DNA of 64,000 nucleotides from Candidatus Saccharimonadia bacterium (GCA_963717365.1 OY970327.1:331599-395598), one strand, 5' to 3'; positions 49,972 to 58,415 are shown, counted from the stretch's first letter. Notes: generated by a model from the sequence alone, not told the origin. Numbers and translations: made by a program.

Positions 49972-50000
49972 TTGATTACTATACTATATTATGGTATTAT
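49972..50000 (+). promoter_or_regulatory. Promoter of the 311-aa gene
   Basis: TTGATT (49972-49977), 17 nt, TGgTATTAT (49992-50000), then 10 nt to ATG 50011. No SD. Confidence 0.55.
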
Positions 50001-50010
50001 TTGCTTAATT

Positions 50011-50946
50011 ATGACTAAAGAAATATCCGACGTTAATATTACAGATTGGAGTGTAGCTTTTGAGCATTTGATGGATAAGCATTTTGCAGATGATTTAGCG
50101 CTTGATTCAGAATATGATGAACGCTTTGGTGAAAGTGATCTACTAGGTACTTCTAGTGTCCTTCATTTGCAAGCCTTGCAAGAAGCAGCACTAGGTAACA
50201 GCGCGCCAGCTCGTCTCTTAGCTGAGACCGCTATATATTTTGCCGAAACTTGCTTAAGTATGAATGAAGACACCAGTATACCGGTGCCAAATCTTGCTGC
50301 AAAACGTGCAAATAGAACAGCACGCGTTAACAGAGAGGAACACTTACAAATCATTGAAGCTGCTGAAGGAGGAGTAGATGCTGCGCTGGACAGTCTCGCT
50401 AAAATTAATAGTACTATGAGACATAGAGCACTCGAAAATCCTAAATGGCTGCCATATAGACTCACTCTTACGCGTACATATTGTTATATGATGCAAATCC
50501 ATGCCGATATCGCCCAAGATAGATTTAGAGGGACGGATCCAACAATACATCAGCGTAACAAGGCACTTTGGCAAGCAACCGATATGGTTGACAGATTACT
50601 AGTTACAAGAGATAAAGAAGAAATAGAATTATTTTTATCTAAAGAGTTCAAATTGCAACTAGCAACTTTCGCTTTTGATCTCATTTCTGCCTATGAACCA
50701 CCGAAAGCTGGGAGAGAATTACTATTAAAGGTTAAGTTTGCCTGTTTTCAGGATTTACTGGAGACAGTTAAGGATGAAACGTATTATGGTAAGTTCCAAC
50801 AAGGCAGTGAAGGTCATCAACTTAGTCAAAATATTGGTATGGCCATTGGAAAAATTGCTAGAGAACAACTTGAATCGGGTTTAAAAAATGACGACAGCTA
50901 TAAAGAGGTACTTTGTGGTTGGAGATCGCCTGAGCAGGTAGCCTGA
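50011..50946 (+). CDS. Hypothetical all-helical protein (311 aa)
   Basis: Intact ORF. The start is set at the first ATG after the promoter. No domain recognised. Confidence 0.6.
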   Translation: MTKEISDVNITDWSVAFEHLMDKHFADDLALDSEYDERFGESDLLGTSSVLHLQALQEAALGNSAPARLLAETAIYFAETCLSMNEDTSIPVPNLAAKRANRTARVNREEHLQIIEAAEGGVDAALDSLAKINSTMRHRALENPKWLPYRLTLTRTYCYMMQIHADIAQDRFRGTDPTIHQRNKALWQATDMVDRLLVTRDKEEIELFLSKEFKLQLATFAFDLISAYEPPKAGRELLLKVKFACFQDLLETVKDETYYGKFQQGSEGHQLSQNIGMAIGKIAREQLESGLKNDDSYKEVLCGWRSPEQVA

Positions 50947-50968
50947 GTATACGTTACCAAAATATATA

Positions 50969-51970
50969 CTACTCAATTATGGCGGAGCGAATTTTAGCAA
51001 GAAGTAATTCAGCACTGTCAGCTGATATAGGCTTTCCTAAGCCACCGTGTCCCAGTCGTATTGCTTCTTGTACTTCAAAATCGATGGCCCTTCGGACTTG
51101 GAGAGCCCATTGCCGGGCATGATTTTCATCAAAATTTTCCGGAACGCCATAATATTTCCGAGCTCTATCTTCATCAAGAACATCTTTTCGTAAATCATTT
51201 AGAAGCGCGGTATCGTTCCCTGTAAAAGCATTATCTTTGAATAAGCCTATAGTTTTATCACCGCCTGGAATATATATAAACTTGTTTTGAGCAATAATAT
51301 TATCTTTTAAGATTTCTGCTTCAAGTTCATCATATCTATCTTGTAGAATAAAAGGACCGTTGTTAACTGATGTATACACTGCGGCCTTATAAAAACTTAA
51401 TTCCGTTTCCGCGTCACTTGAGTTCACATTATTTTCAACCCGTAGTATGAGTCTTTGTTTACGCAGGTTAGAGTTGGGATCCCAATCTTTATCTATTCTT
51501 ATTGTCTCGTTACTGTCCGGTACATTCAGTAAAAACCTTTTAAGTGGGTAGCGTGGCGGCATTTTGGCATGTTGTCGCATTTTTTTCTCAAGAGTTTTAT
51601 CGGACATTCGAATTTTTTTAGGACGTTCTATCGGCTCAGGCGGTTGATCGTGCGGCAAAGAATGTTCTGGTAGCCACAAAAACTGTATGTCTCCATCACT
51701 ACTTTCCACCCAATGTGTTGCACTCAGTTGTACTGCTTGCGACTGGTAGAGATAGTCCTCTAGTAAATCTTCTGTTTCATGATGGAGCGTAACGTGTGCA
51801 GCTGCTTGTTTTGGATCCAAATTATAGTGTTGATTCAACTCCACGGCCTGCCCAACCAGTGATGCATAGGCTGTATTTCCAAGCATACGTCCCACCGTTT
51901 TAAGCCTGCTCATACGCTCAGATACATTGCTGAGGATGTTGTTTTTACTATCTCTTTGCTCAAATGACAT
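50969..51970 (-). CDS. Hypothetical protein (333 aa)
   Basis: Intact ORF convergent with the 311-aa gene. No domain recognised. Confidence 0.6.
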   Translation of the reverse strand: MSFEQRDSKNNILSNVSERMSRLKTVGRMLGNTAYASLVGQAVELNQHYNLDPKQAAAHVTLHHETEDLLEDYLYQSQAVQLSATHWVESSDGDIQFLWLPEHSLPHDQPPEPIERPKKIRMSDKTLEKKMRQHAKMPPRYPLKRFLLNVPDSNETIRIDKDWDPNSNLRKQRLILRVENNVNSSDAETELSFYKAAVYTSVNNGPFILQDRYDELEAEILKDNIIAQNKFIYIPGGDKTIGLFKDNAFTGNDTALLNDLRKDVLDEDRARKYYGVPENFDENHARQWALQVRRAIDFEVQEAIRLGHGGLGKPISADSAELLLAKIRSAIIE

Positions 51971-51982
51971 AATTGAGTAAAT

Positions 51983-52011
51983 AGTATACGTTGAGCATCA
52001 CCGTAAAACAA
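51983..52011 (-). promoter_or_regulatory. Candidate promoter of the 333-aa gene
   Basis: Minus-strand TTGTTT (52011-52006), 17 nt, TATACT (51988-51983), then 12 nt to ATG 51970. No SD. Confidence 0.4.
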
Positions 52012-52088
52012 CCATAAGGGTTTTGACAATTCCTTGTATATCCCATAGGGAGACGAAATAGCACTGCAGCACTTGAGAACAGCGTTGG

Positions 52089-52481
52089 TTAAGCCTTAAG
52101 TCTTTCCAGTACACCTCGTCTTTTAACAATATTCTTATAATCCCACTGAATTGTTTTTGCTTTTTCAAGCCAGCGTGATAGATCGCTAGTTTTGACTTGA
52201 TCCGTGCTTGTATAACGAGCTTCAGCAGCCTTAAAACTACCCTCCGGCTGCAAATCCGCTTCATTAAACGACTGGCCACTCCAAAATAGTAACCTAACGC
52301 AATTCTTCAGAACGTCATAACCGACGATTGGGTTGCCGTCCAAAAACCAAACCGGTGCGCCATGCCATATTTTACTTTCGGCCTTAGGCAGACGAGTATT
52401 GATTTCTCTACCTAGTAACTCGCAGATCGCTTTTCTGTCAGATTCTTGGGCGTTATTGTAAGCTTGTATATCTTTATTCAT
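52089..52481 (-). CDS. DUF1801 (YdhG-like) domain protein
   Basis: The sequence ...ESKIWHGAPVWFLDGNPIVGY... and the ~130-aa size are typical of this family. The start is at ATG 52481. Confidence 0.65.
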   Translation of the reverse strand: MNKDIQAYNNAQESDRKAICELLGREINTRLPKAESKIWHGAPVWFLDGNPIVGYDVLKNCVRLLFWSGQSFNEADLQPEGSFKAAEARYTSTDQVKTSDLSRWLEKAKTIQWDYKNIVKRRGVLERLKA

Positions 52482-52487
52482 GGATAA

Positions 52488-52517
52488 ATAGTACTTGTTA
52501 CAAACTATAGAAAGCAA
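52488..52517 (-). promoter_or_regulatory. Promoter of the DUF1801 gene (leaderless layout)
   Basis: Minus-strand TTGCTT (52517-52512), 18 nt, TACTAT (52493-52488), then 6 nt to ATG 52481. Confidence 0.45.
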
Positions 52518-52571
52518 GTGAAGTTGTTCGCCTGATGTATAATTATAGGTACGCTAGTTAAAGGAGAAATT

Positions 52572-53030
52572 ATGAAAAATATTACGCCTAATCTATGGTT
52601 TGACGGCAATGCTAAAGAAGCAGTGGATTATTATGTGTCAGTGTTTCCAGGCAGCAAAGTAATTTCCACGCTCTACTATCCAAACAGCGCCGAAGAGGGT
52701 TTAGCTGACTTTCAAAAGAATCTTGCAGGTGAAGTTTTGACTGTTGAATTCGAACTTATGGGCAACCGATTCGTGGCCATTAACGCAGGACCGGAATTCA
52801 AATTTAATGAAGCAGTATCCTTTTCAATTCCCTGCGAAGATCAGAAAGAAATCGATTACTACTGGGAAAAGCTTTCAGCAGTTCCAGAGTCCGAGCAATG
52901 CGGTTGGTGCAAAGACCAGTTTGGGCTGAGCTGGCAGGTAGTTCCAGGAAACATGGATGAACTCATGAAGCGTCCCAATGCTTTTGCAAATATGATGAAA
53001 ATGCATAAAATCGTTATCGCGGATTTCTAA
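52572..53030 (+). CDS. VOC-superfamily protein (PhnB / 3-demethylubiquinone-9 3-methyltransferase-domain-like)
   Basis: ITPNLWFDGNAKEAVDYY...FGLSWQVVP is typical of this family. AAAGGAG SD is present. Confidence 0.7.
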   Translation: MKNITPNLWFDGNAKEAVDYYVSVFPGSKVISTLYYPNSAEEGLADFQKNLAGEVLTVEFELMGNRFVAINAGPEFKFNEAVSFSIPCEDQKEIDYYWEKLSAVPESEQCGWCKDQFGLSWQVVPGNMDELMKRPNAFANMMKMHKIVIADF

Positions 53031-53055
53031 GTTATTTTTAATGCACGATAATATC

Positions 53056-53101
53056 AGCTGCGTACATTCCGTTTCGCTAATGGACGTATTTCGCAGCTTT
53101 T
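53056..53101 (+). terminator. Probable intrinsic terminator
   Basis: AGCTGCG (53056-53062) / CGCAGCT (53092-53098) encloses an imperfect inner stem and is followed by TTTT. Confidence 0.5.
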
Positions 53102-53182
53102 CATTCATTAACGAAAAGGATATGCCAGCGAAGAGCTGTAATCTAAACGTGTTATGCTTTACGAAGTAGCAGTTAAATTGGT

Positions 53183-54469
53183 TTGTTGGGAAGTCTGGTC
53201 GACAAATATTCTTTTAGGAGTGCCGGTTTGCAAGACAAAATAAAGAGACTAGTAGCTAAAACGTATCCAGCTAAAATACCGGCTATTCTACGGATATTCA
53301 TGAAAGATGAGGCAATCGGGGGCAAGTTGATACTAGGCGCGGCCATTTGTGCTTTAGTAGTTGCTAACAGTCCGCTTAGACATGTATACGAAACTTTTTG
53401 GCACCAGGGTTTAAGTATTGGAGTGAACGAATCAACTATTACGATGGATCTTCGACACTGGCTGAGTGAAGGCCTGATGGCACTGTTTTTCTTAGTTGTT
53501 GGTCTTGAAATAAAGCGAGAAATTATTAAGGGTCATTTGCGCCATATTAAGTCGGCAATTCTACCTATAGGAGCCGCGATTGGCGGAATGGCTGTGCCGG
53601 CTCTACTGTTTTTGGCGATTAATAATGGCTATCCTGATAACGCCAAAGGCTGGGCTATACCGATTGCAACCGATATTGCATTTGCACTTGCCGTCATTAG
53701 CCTGCTTGGTAATCGAGTGTCCTCGTCATTAAAAGTTTTCTTGCTAACCCTATCTATTGTTGACGATATTGTGGCGATTCTAATTATAGGATTGTTTTAT
53801 GGTGACGGATTTAAAATATCGGCGTTGCTTCTAGCCTTATTAATTGCAGTGAGTCTTGCGGTTTTCAGCCGAAGTAAATTGATGAATACATTTGTCTTTT
53901 CTATTCTCGGAGTTGGGCTATGGATTACTGTATACAAGTCAGGTGTTCACGCGAGCATTGCTGGCGCGCTTTTAGGATTCTTAGCACCTCTCAGTGCCAA
54001 TGGAGTTAGAGTATCTGTGGCAGAAAAAATTGAAAAACTGGTTTTGCCGTCATCTACTTTTTTAGTAGTGCCGTTATTTGCTTTTGCAAGCTTCGGAGTT
54101 ACATTTTCAACCGAAAGTCTGGCGGCGTATGGCGCATTTCCTCTCATGCTCGGGATTATCTTAGGTCTCGTTGCCGGGAAAGTAATTGGTATCAGTTTAA
54201 TATCACTTGCGCTAGTAAAATCAGGTAAGGCATCTCTGCCAGCTGAAAATACAGTATGGTCGCAGTTAATGGGCGTTGGGTTCGTGGCTGGAATAGGATT
54301 TACTGTTTCGGTGTTTATTTCCGAACTTGCCTTCGAGGGGCAACCCTTGCTAATAGACGCGGCAAAAATAGCAATTCTAGCGGCCTCGACAATTAGTGCT
54401 GTCTCAGGTTATTTATTCCTGAGACATCGCCACAGGGTTCATCGAATTCTTAATACCGAAATAAATTAA
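53183..54469 (+). CDS. nhaA: Na+/H+ antiporter NhaA
   Basis: NhaA-like N-terminus (...EAIGGKLILGAAICALVVANSP...), GLEIKREI motif and about 12 TM helices. The start (TTG 53183) is uncertain. Confidence 0.85.
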   Translation: MLGSLVDKYSFRSAGLQDKIKRLVAKTYPAKIPAILRIFMKDEAIGGKLILGAAICALVVANSPLRHVYETFWHQGLSIGVNESTITMDLRHWLSEGLMALFFLVVGLEIKREIIKGHLRHIKSAILPIGAAIGGMAVPALLFLAINNGYPDNAKGWAIPIATDIAFALAVISLLGNRVSSSLKVFLLTLSIVDDIVAILIIGLFYGDGFKISALLLALLIAVSLAVFSRSKLMNTFVFSILGVGLWITVYKSGVHASIAGALLGFLAPLSANGVRVSVAEKIEKLVLPSSTFLVVPLFAFASFGVTFSTESLAAYGAFPLMLGIILGLVAGKVIGISLISLALVKSGKASLPAENTVWSQLMGVGFVAGIGFTVSVFISELAFEGQPLLIDAAKIAILAASTISAVSGYLFLRHRHRVHRILNTEIN

Positions 54470-54502
54470 ATATAGCAAAAGTAGCTTTAATACGTTTTTG
54501 CT

Positions 54503-54577
54503 TGGCAGGGGCACGAGGAATCGAACCTCGATCTACGGTTTTGGAGACCGCTATACTAGCCGTTGTACTATGCCCCT
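54503..54577 (-). tRNA. tRNA-Trp (anticodon CCA), CCA encoded
   Basis: Manual cloverleaf: acceptor AGGGGCA/TGCCCCT, anticodon arm GCGGT-CTCCAAA-ACCGT, T arm CGAGG-TTCGATT-CCTCG. Confidence 0.9.
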
Positions 54578-54680
54578 ATAGTGCGATAGCAGGTAAAATT
54601 GTAACAGATTGAAGTACTATTTATAAATTAGCTGGCAGTTCGTTAACAAATTATGTATTATCTGGTATACAATATATGGA

Positions 54681-55340
54681 ATGAGTCTGACAAAACTTAC
54701 CCCCAGCAAAACCTTCATATTGTTTCTGTATGGCTTTCCAGGATCAGGCAAAACAGCTTTCGCCAGGCAGCTTGCCCAAGAATTAAACGTCGCGCATCTC
54801 CAACAAGACCGACTGAGTCATGAATTATACGGCCAGAACAGCGATAAAACCGCCAAGCCAAGCCGTAACGCCATGAACTATATGACCCGTGAGTTTTTAC
54901 GAGCTGATGTATCAGTTATTTACGATGCAGATGTATATAGACTAGCTGAACGTCGTCATATGCGTGATGCAGCCCGTCAGACTAAAGCCATACCGGTACT
55001 AATTTGGCTGCAAATAGACCCGGAAACAGCCTATATGCGCGGTCAAAAACGCGACCGACGTAAGGCCGATGACCATTATGCAAAAGAGTACACACCGGAG
55101 ACATATGAAGCAGTACTGCATAATATGCAAAATCCTGACAACGAAGATTATGTGGTTATTAGCGGTAAACATACCTTTCATACGCAACAAGCTGCGGTAT
55201 ATAAGAAATTTTATGAACTTGGTATTTTTACGCCAGCGCAACTAAGTCAAAACATAGCGAAGCCAGCCCTAGTTAATTTAGTGCCGCAGGTTCATAACAG
55301 TCGGGTAGACTTGAGTCGGCGCAATATTCATATCAGGTAA
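54681..55340 (+). CDS. P-loop ATP-binding protein (AAA_33/zeta-toxin-like kinase fold)
   Basis: Walker A LYGFPGSGKTAF near the N-terminus. TACAAT (54668-54673) lies 7 nt upstream of the ATG, with no SD. Confidence 0.6.
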   Translation: MSLTKLTPSKTFILFLYGFPGSGKTAFARQLAQELNVAHLQQDRLSHELYGQNSDKTAKPSRNAMNYMTREFLRADVSVIYDADVYRLAERRHMRDAARQTKAIPVLIWLQIDPETAYMRGQKRDRRKADDHYAKEYTPETYEAVLHNMQNPDNEDYVVISGKHTFHTQQAAVYKKFYELGIFTPAQLSQNIAKPALVNLVPQVHNSRVDLSRRNIHIR

Positions 55341-55346
55341 CTACAT

Positions 55347-56063
55347 ATGTCAAAAGTAGCAGTCGAAGTACCAAACATCGGTACCGTTTTTATAACTCGC
55401 AAGCGCGGTCAGCGTACTATGCGCCTACGTGTTGACACTAAAGGACAGATTCAAGTATCAATGCCCTGGCTTGTTTCTAAAGGACAAGCCTTAGCCTTTA
55501 TTGCAACTAAAGTTGACTGGATCCGCCAGCAACAGGCCGATGTCCACTTTATTCCATATAATGGTATGTTGTTTGGTAAAACATTACAGCTAGTAATTAG
55601 AGAAAATAGCAACGGAATCCGCACCCGGCAAGAAGGCAAACGCTTAATTGTTCACTTTGAAGCTTTTTATGACCCAAACAATACTGCGCATCTGACAAAG
55701 GTAGAAAAAGCTATTATGCGAGCCCTACGAACTGAAGCGGAAAAAGTATTGTTACCACGACTACGTGAATTAGCTGATATGTATGGTTACAAATTTAAGA
55801 GTTCTGGAGTGAAACAGGTAATTGGACGATGGGGCAGTTGCGACAGTAAGCAACATATTTCTTTAAGCCTGTTTTTAATACAGTTACCGATTGAAATGAT
55901 TGATTACGTACTTATACACGAGTTGAGCCATACCGAACATATGAATCATAGTGCTGCCTTCTGGAATCGGGTTGCTGAATATTGCCCTGAGTATAAACAA
56001 TTACGCCGCAGTATGCGTGGTTTGAGACCGAGAATTTATGACGCCAAAGCGTTTATGGCATAA
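55347..56063 (+). CDS. YgjP-like (DUF45/SprT-like) zinc metallohydrolase
   Basis: C-terminal HELSHTEHMNHSAAFW (HExxH...H) is typical of the family. Confidence 0.75.
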   Translation: MSKVAVEVPNIGTVFITRKRGQRTMRLRVDTKGQIQVSMPWLVSKGQALAFIATKVDWIRQQQADVHFIPYNGMLFGKTLQLVIRENSNGIRTRQEGKRLIVHFEAFYDPNNTAHLTKVEKAIMRALRTEAEKVLLPRLRELADMYGYKFKSSGVKQVIGRWGSCDSKQHISLSLFLIQLPIEMIDYVLIHELSHTEHMNHSAAFWNRVAEYCPEYKQLRRSMRGLRPRIYDAKAFMA

Positions 56064-57187
56064 TGAACGTAATGCAAGCCAAACAAACAAAGCCGAAAAA
56101 AAACACCGCTCAATCTGCCGAGTTGGAACGTGAACGTCTGGTTAGCCTTATTAACAGCATGGCTGACGGAGTAGTGGCGACCGATGAATATGGCAAAATA
56201 GTGCTATACAACGGTGCTGCCTTAAACGTACTTGACGTTAACACCACCCTAGACAACAAAAAATTTGAAGATGTGGCCACTATTATTGATGGGAACAAGA
56301 AGCCGGTAAGAATGTCAGACTTGATAACTAAAACTAAAATCCAGATGACTAGTCGTGACCTCAAATTATGCTATCCAGATGGCAGTATGAGTAATTTGTA
56401 TATTAGTATTGCTCCGGTAAGACTTGGCTATGGAAAAGAAGGCAATAAGGGCTTTGTGGTGTTACTTCGTGATATAACGCGCGAAAAATCATTAGAAGAG
56501 GAGCGCGATGAGTTTATCAGCGTTATCAGCCATGAACTACGAACTCCTATTGCTATTGCTGAAGGCAACATTGGAAACGCAGAATTTATTGCCAAAAAGT
56601 ATCGTGGTAACGAGGAAACCAAGAAGGCGTTAGCACTGGCGCATGAGCAAATAATATTTCTAAGCGGTATGATTAATGACCTTGCAACCTTATCCCGAGC
56701 TGAACGCGGTAAATTAGAACTGAATGTCGAGCAGATTAATGCTCATGATCTAATAGAAGAACTATCGGCCGAATACACCCCCCAGGCTGAACAAAAAAAT
56801 TTGCATCTTAAGACTGCCCTGGCAACTGATCTTGAATTACTGTCTTCAAGCAAATTGTATGTCCGCGAAATTTTGCAGAATTTTATTACTAATGCCATTA
56901 AATACACTGAGGAAGGCTCAGTTACGATTGGTGCCAAGCCGTATAGAGACGGTGTTTTGTTTGAAGTCAGCGATACCGGCATCGGTATAAATAAAGCCGA
57001 CCAAGAACGAGTATTTGATAAATTCTTCCGGAGTGAAGATTACCGGACACGCGCTAACAGCGGTACTGGCCTTGGACTATACGTAACCATGAAATTAGCT
57101 AGATTGATTCATGCTGAGATAGATCTACGTAGTGAAGTGAATAAAGGTTCAACCTTTTCAATCTATATGCCAAATCTAGGTAGTTGA
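56063..57187 (+). CDS. Cytoplasmic sensor histidine kinase (PAS-HisKA-HATPase)
   Basis: H-box SHELRTPIA, N-box NFITNAIKYT, G-boxes DTGIGI and GTGLGL. No TM segment and no adjacent response regulator. Confidence 0.88.
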   Translation: MNVMQAKQTKPKKNTAQSAELERERLVSLINSMADGVVATDEYGKIVLYNGAALNVLDVNTTLDNKKFEDVATIIDGNKKPVRMSDLITKTKIQMTSRDLKLCYPDGSMSNLYISIAPVRLGYGKEGNKGFVVLLRDITREKSLEEERDEFISVISHELRTPIAIAEGNIGNAEFIAKKYRGNEETKKALALAHEQIIFLSGMINDLATLSRAERGKLELNVEQINAHDLIEELSAEYTPQAEQKNLHLKTALATDLELLSSSKLYVREILQNFITNAIKYTEEGSVTIGAKPYRDGVLFEVSDTGIGINKADQERVFDKFFRSEDYRTRANSGTGLGLYVTMKLARLIHAEIDLRSEVNKGSTFSIYMPNLGS

Positions 57188-57224
57188 CAGATTGAGCAAA
57201 AAGAAATACTATTGACTTTGAACG

Positions 57225-57257
57225 ACCTACTCACGATATATCAGAGTAGGTTTATTT
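57225..57257 (+). terminator. Intrinsic terminator after the histidine kinase gene
   Basis: ACCTACTC (57225-57232) / GAGTAGGT (57244-57251) followed by a T-rich tail. Confidence 0.7.
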
Positions 57258-57291
57258 AATTCTTTGAATATAGAGCGGGAGATCAAATAGA

Positions 57292-57753
57292 GTGGCGAAA
57301 GCTAATAAAAAACCATCTGCAAAATCAGCCAAAGTGTCCAAGCCTATAGAGCCGTCAATAGAACCAAGTTCAACTAAGTCTAAAGGCAAAAAGCAAAGAA
57401 CCGTTCGGGAACGCACACAGGTAGGAGAAAAAGGCCGCGCGCGCCGCATCCGAACAACGGCGAGCATGGTAAAAATTCCCTTTGCAAAAATCAGCCAGTC
57501 GAATAAAAAGGAATATCATCTTCCGCTTCCTGATAATCGCACAGGTAAAATACTCAATAAACGTATCCGATTTACGCCAAAATTTGTTCGTGAAGCCGTT
57601 CAGGAACTTAAAGGAGTAACCTGGCCGAATGCCCGTGAGACATACCGGCTGACTATGGCTGTTTTTATATTTTCGGTTATATTTGCCGCAATTGTCGGCT
57701 TACTTGATTTTGGACTAGATAAACTATTTAAAGAGGTAATTATAAAACAATGA
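57292..57753 (+). CDS. secE: Preprotein translocase subunit SecE with long K-rich N-terminal extension
   Basis: C-terminal ...ELKGVTWPNARETYRLTMAVFIFSVIFAAIVGLLD... is SecE-like. GTG start with GGGAG SD. Confidence 0.88.
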   Translation: MAKANKKPSAKSAKVSKPIEPSIEPSSTKSKGKKQRTVRERTQVGEKGRARRIRTTASMVKIPFAKISQSNKKEYHLPLPDNRTGKILNKRIRFTPKFVREAVQELKGVTWPNARETYRLTMAVFIFSVIFAAIVGLLDFGLDKLFKEVIIKQ

Positions 57754-58292
57754 CAAAACGATACGACTCAGACAAGCATTGGTACGCCATTCATACATAT
57801 AGTGGCTACGAAGAAAAGGTTGCTGAAAGCATCCGTCAACGAACCGCCAGCCTTGAGATGGGGGACAAAATTTTCAATGTCTTAGTACCGAAAGAAAAAA
57901 TGATTGAAATCAAGAATGGCAAGCGCAAAGTCGTTGAAAAACGTATTTTCCAGGGCTATGTCTTGGTTCAAATGAAGTTGAGCGAAGACGCCTGGTATAT
58001 TGTCCGCAATACACCGTCTGTTACAGGCTTTGTTGGCACCGGTATCGACCCAAGTCCAATCAGTGACGACGAGATGGAAAAAATCAACAAGCGTATTGGT
58101 CTTGACCAGCCGAAGCACAAGATTGACTTTAAAATTGGCGAAGTCGTCAATATTACTGATGGACCCTTTAAAGGTTTTGACGGTTCAATTAACGAAATCG
58201 ATCCTACTAAAGGTAAGCTCAAAGTCTTAGTAAATATGTTTGGCCGCGAAACGCCGGTTGAGCTTGACTCCCTTCAAGTCAAACGAGTGTAG
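57750..58292 (+). CDS. nusG: Transcription termination/antitermination factor NusG
   Basis: NGN domain (WYAIHTYSGYEEKV) and KOW domain (GEVVNITDGPFKGFDGSI). ATGA overlap with secE. Confidence 0.96.
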   Translation: MTKRYDSDKHWYAIHTYSGYEEKVAESIRQRTASLEMGDKIFNVLVPKEKMIEIKNGKRKVVEKRIFQGYVLVQMKLSEDAWYIVRNTPSVTGFVGTGIDPSPISDDEMEKINKRIGLDQPKHKIDFKIGEVVNITDGPFKGFDGSINEIDPTKGKLKVLVNMFGRETPVELDSLQVKRV

Positions 58293-58370
58293 ACAACAGG
58301 GGTATTTTGTAGTAAAATAACAGAGTTACGCACTTCTGTCTTTTATCAATTATTTAAAGAAAGGGAAGGA

Positions 58371-58405
58371 GAACGTCGAGGCTAGTTTACCTAGCGGCTC
58401 CGTTC
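58371..58405 (+). promoter_or_regulatory. Structured hairpin in the rplK leader, between an SD-like GGGAAGGAG and the start codon
   Basis: 13 bp in three segments: GAACG/CGTTC, GAG/CTC and GCTAG/CTAGC, with a TTTAC loop. The SD-like box is at 58362-58370 and the ATG at 58416. Confidence 0.45.
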
Positions 58406-58415
58406 GAACAATCTT

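Noticed and set aside
51998-52279. 93-aa minus-strand ORF
   Set aside because: It lies in another frame within the DUF1801 gene (52089-52481), which has a recognisable family sequence and promoter geometry.
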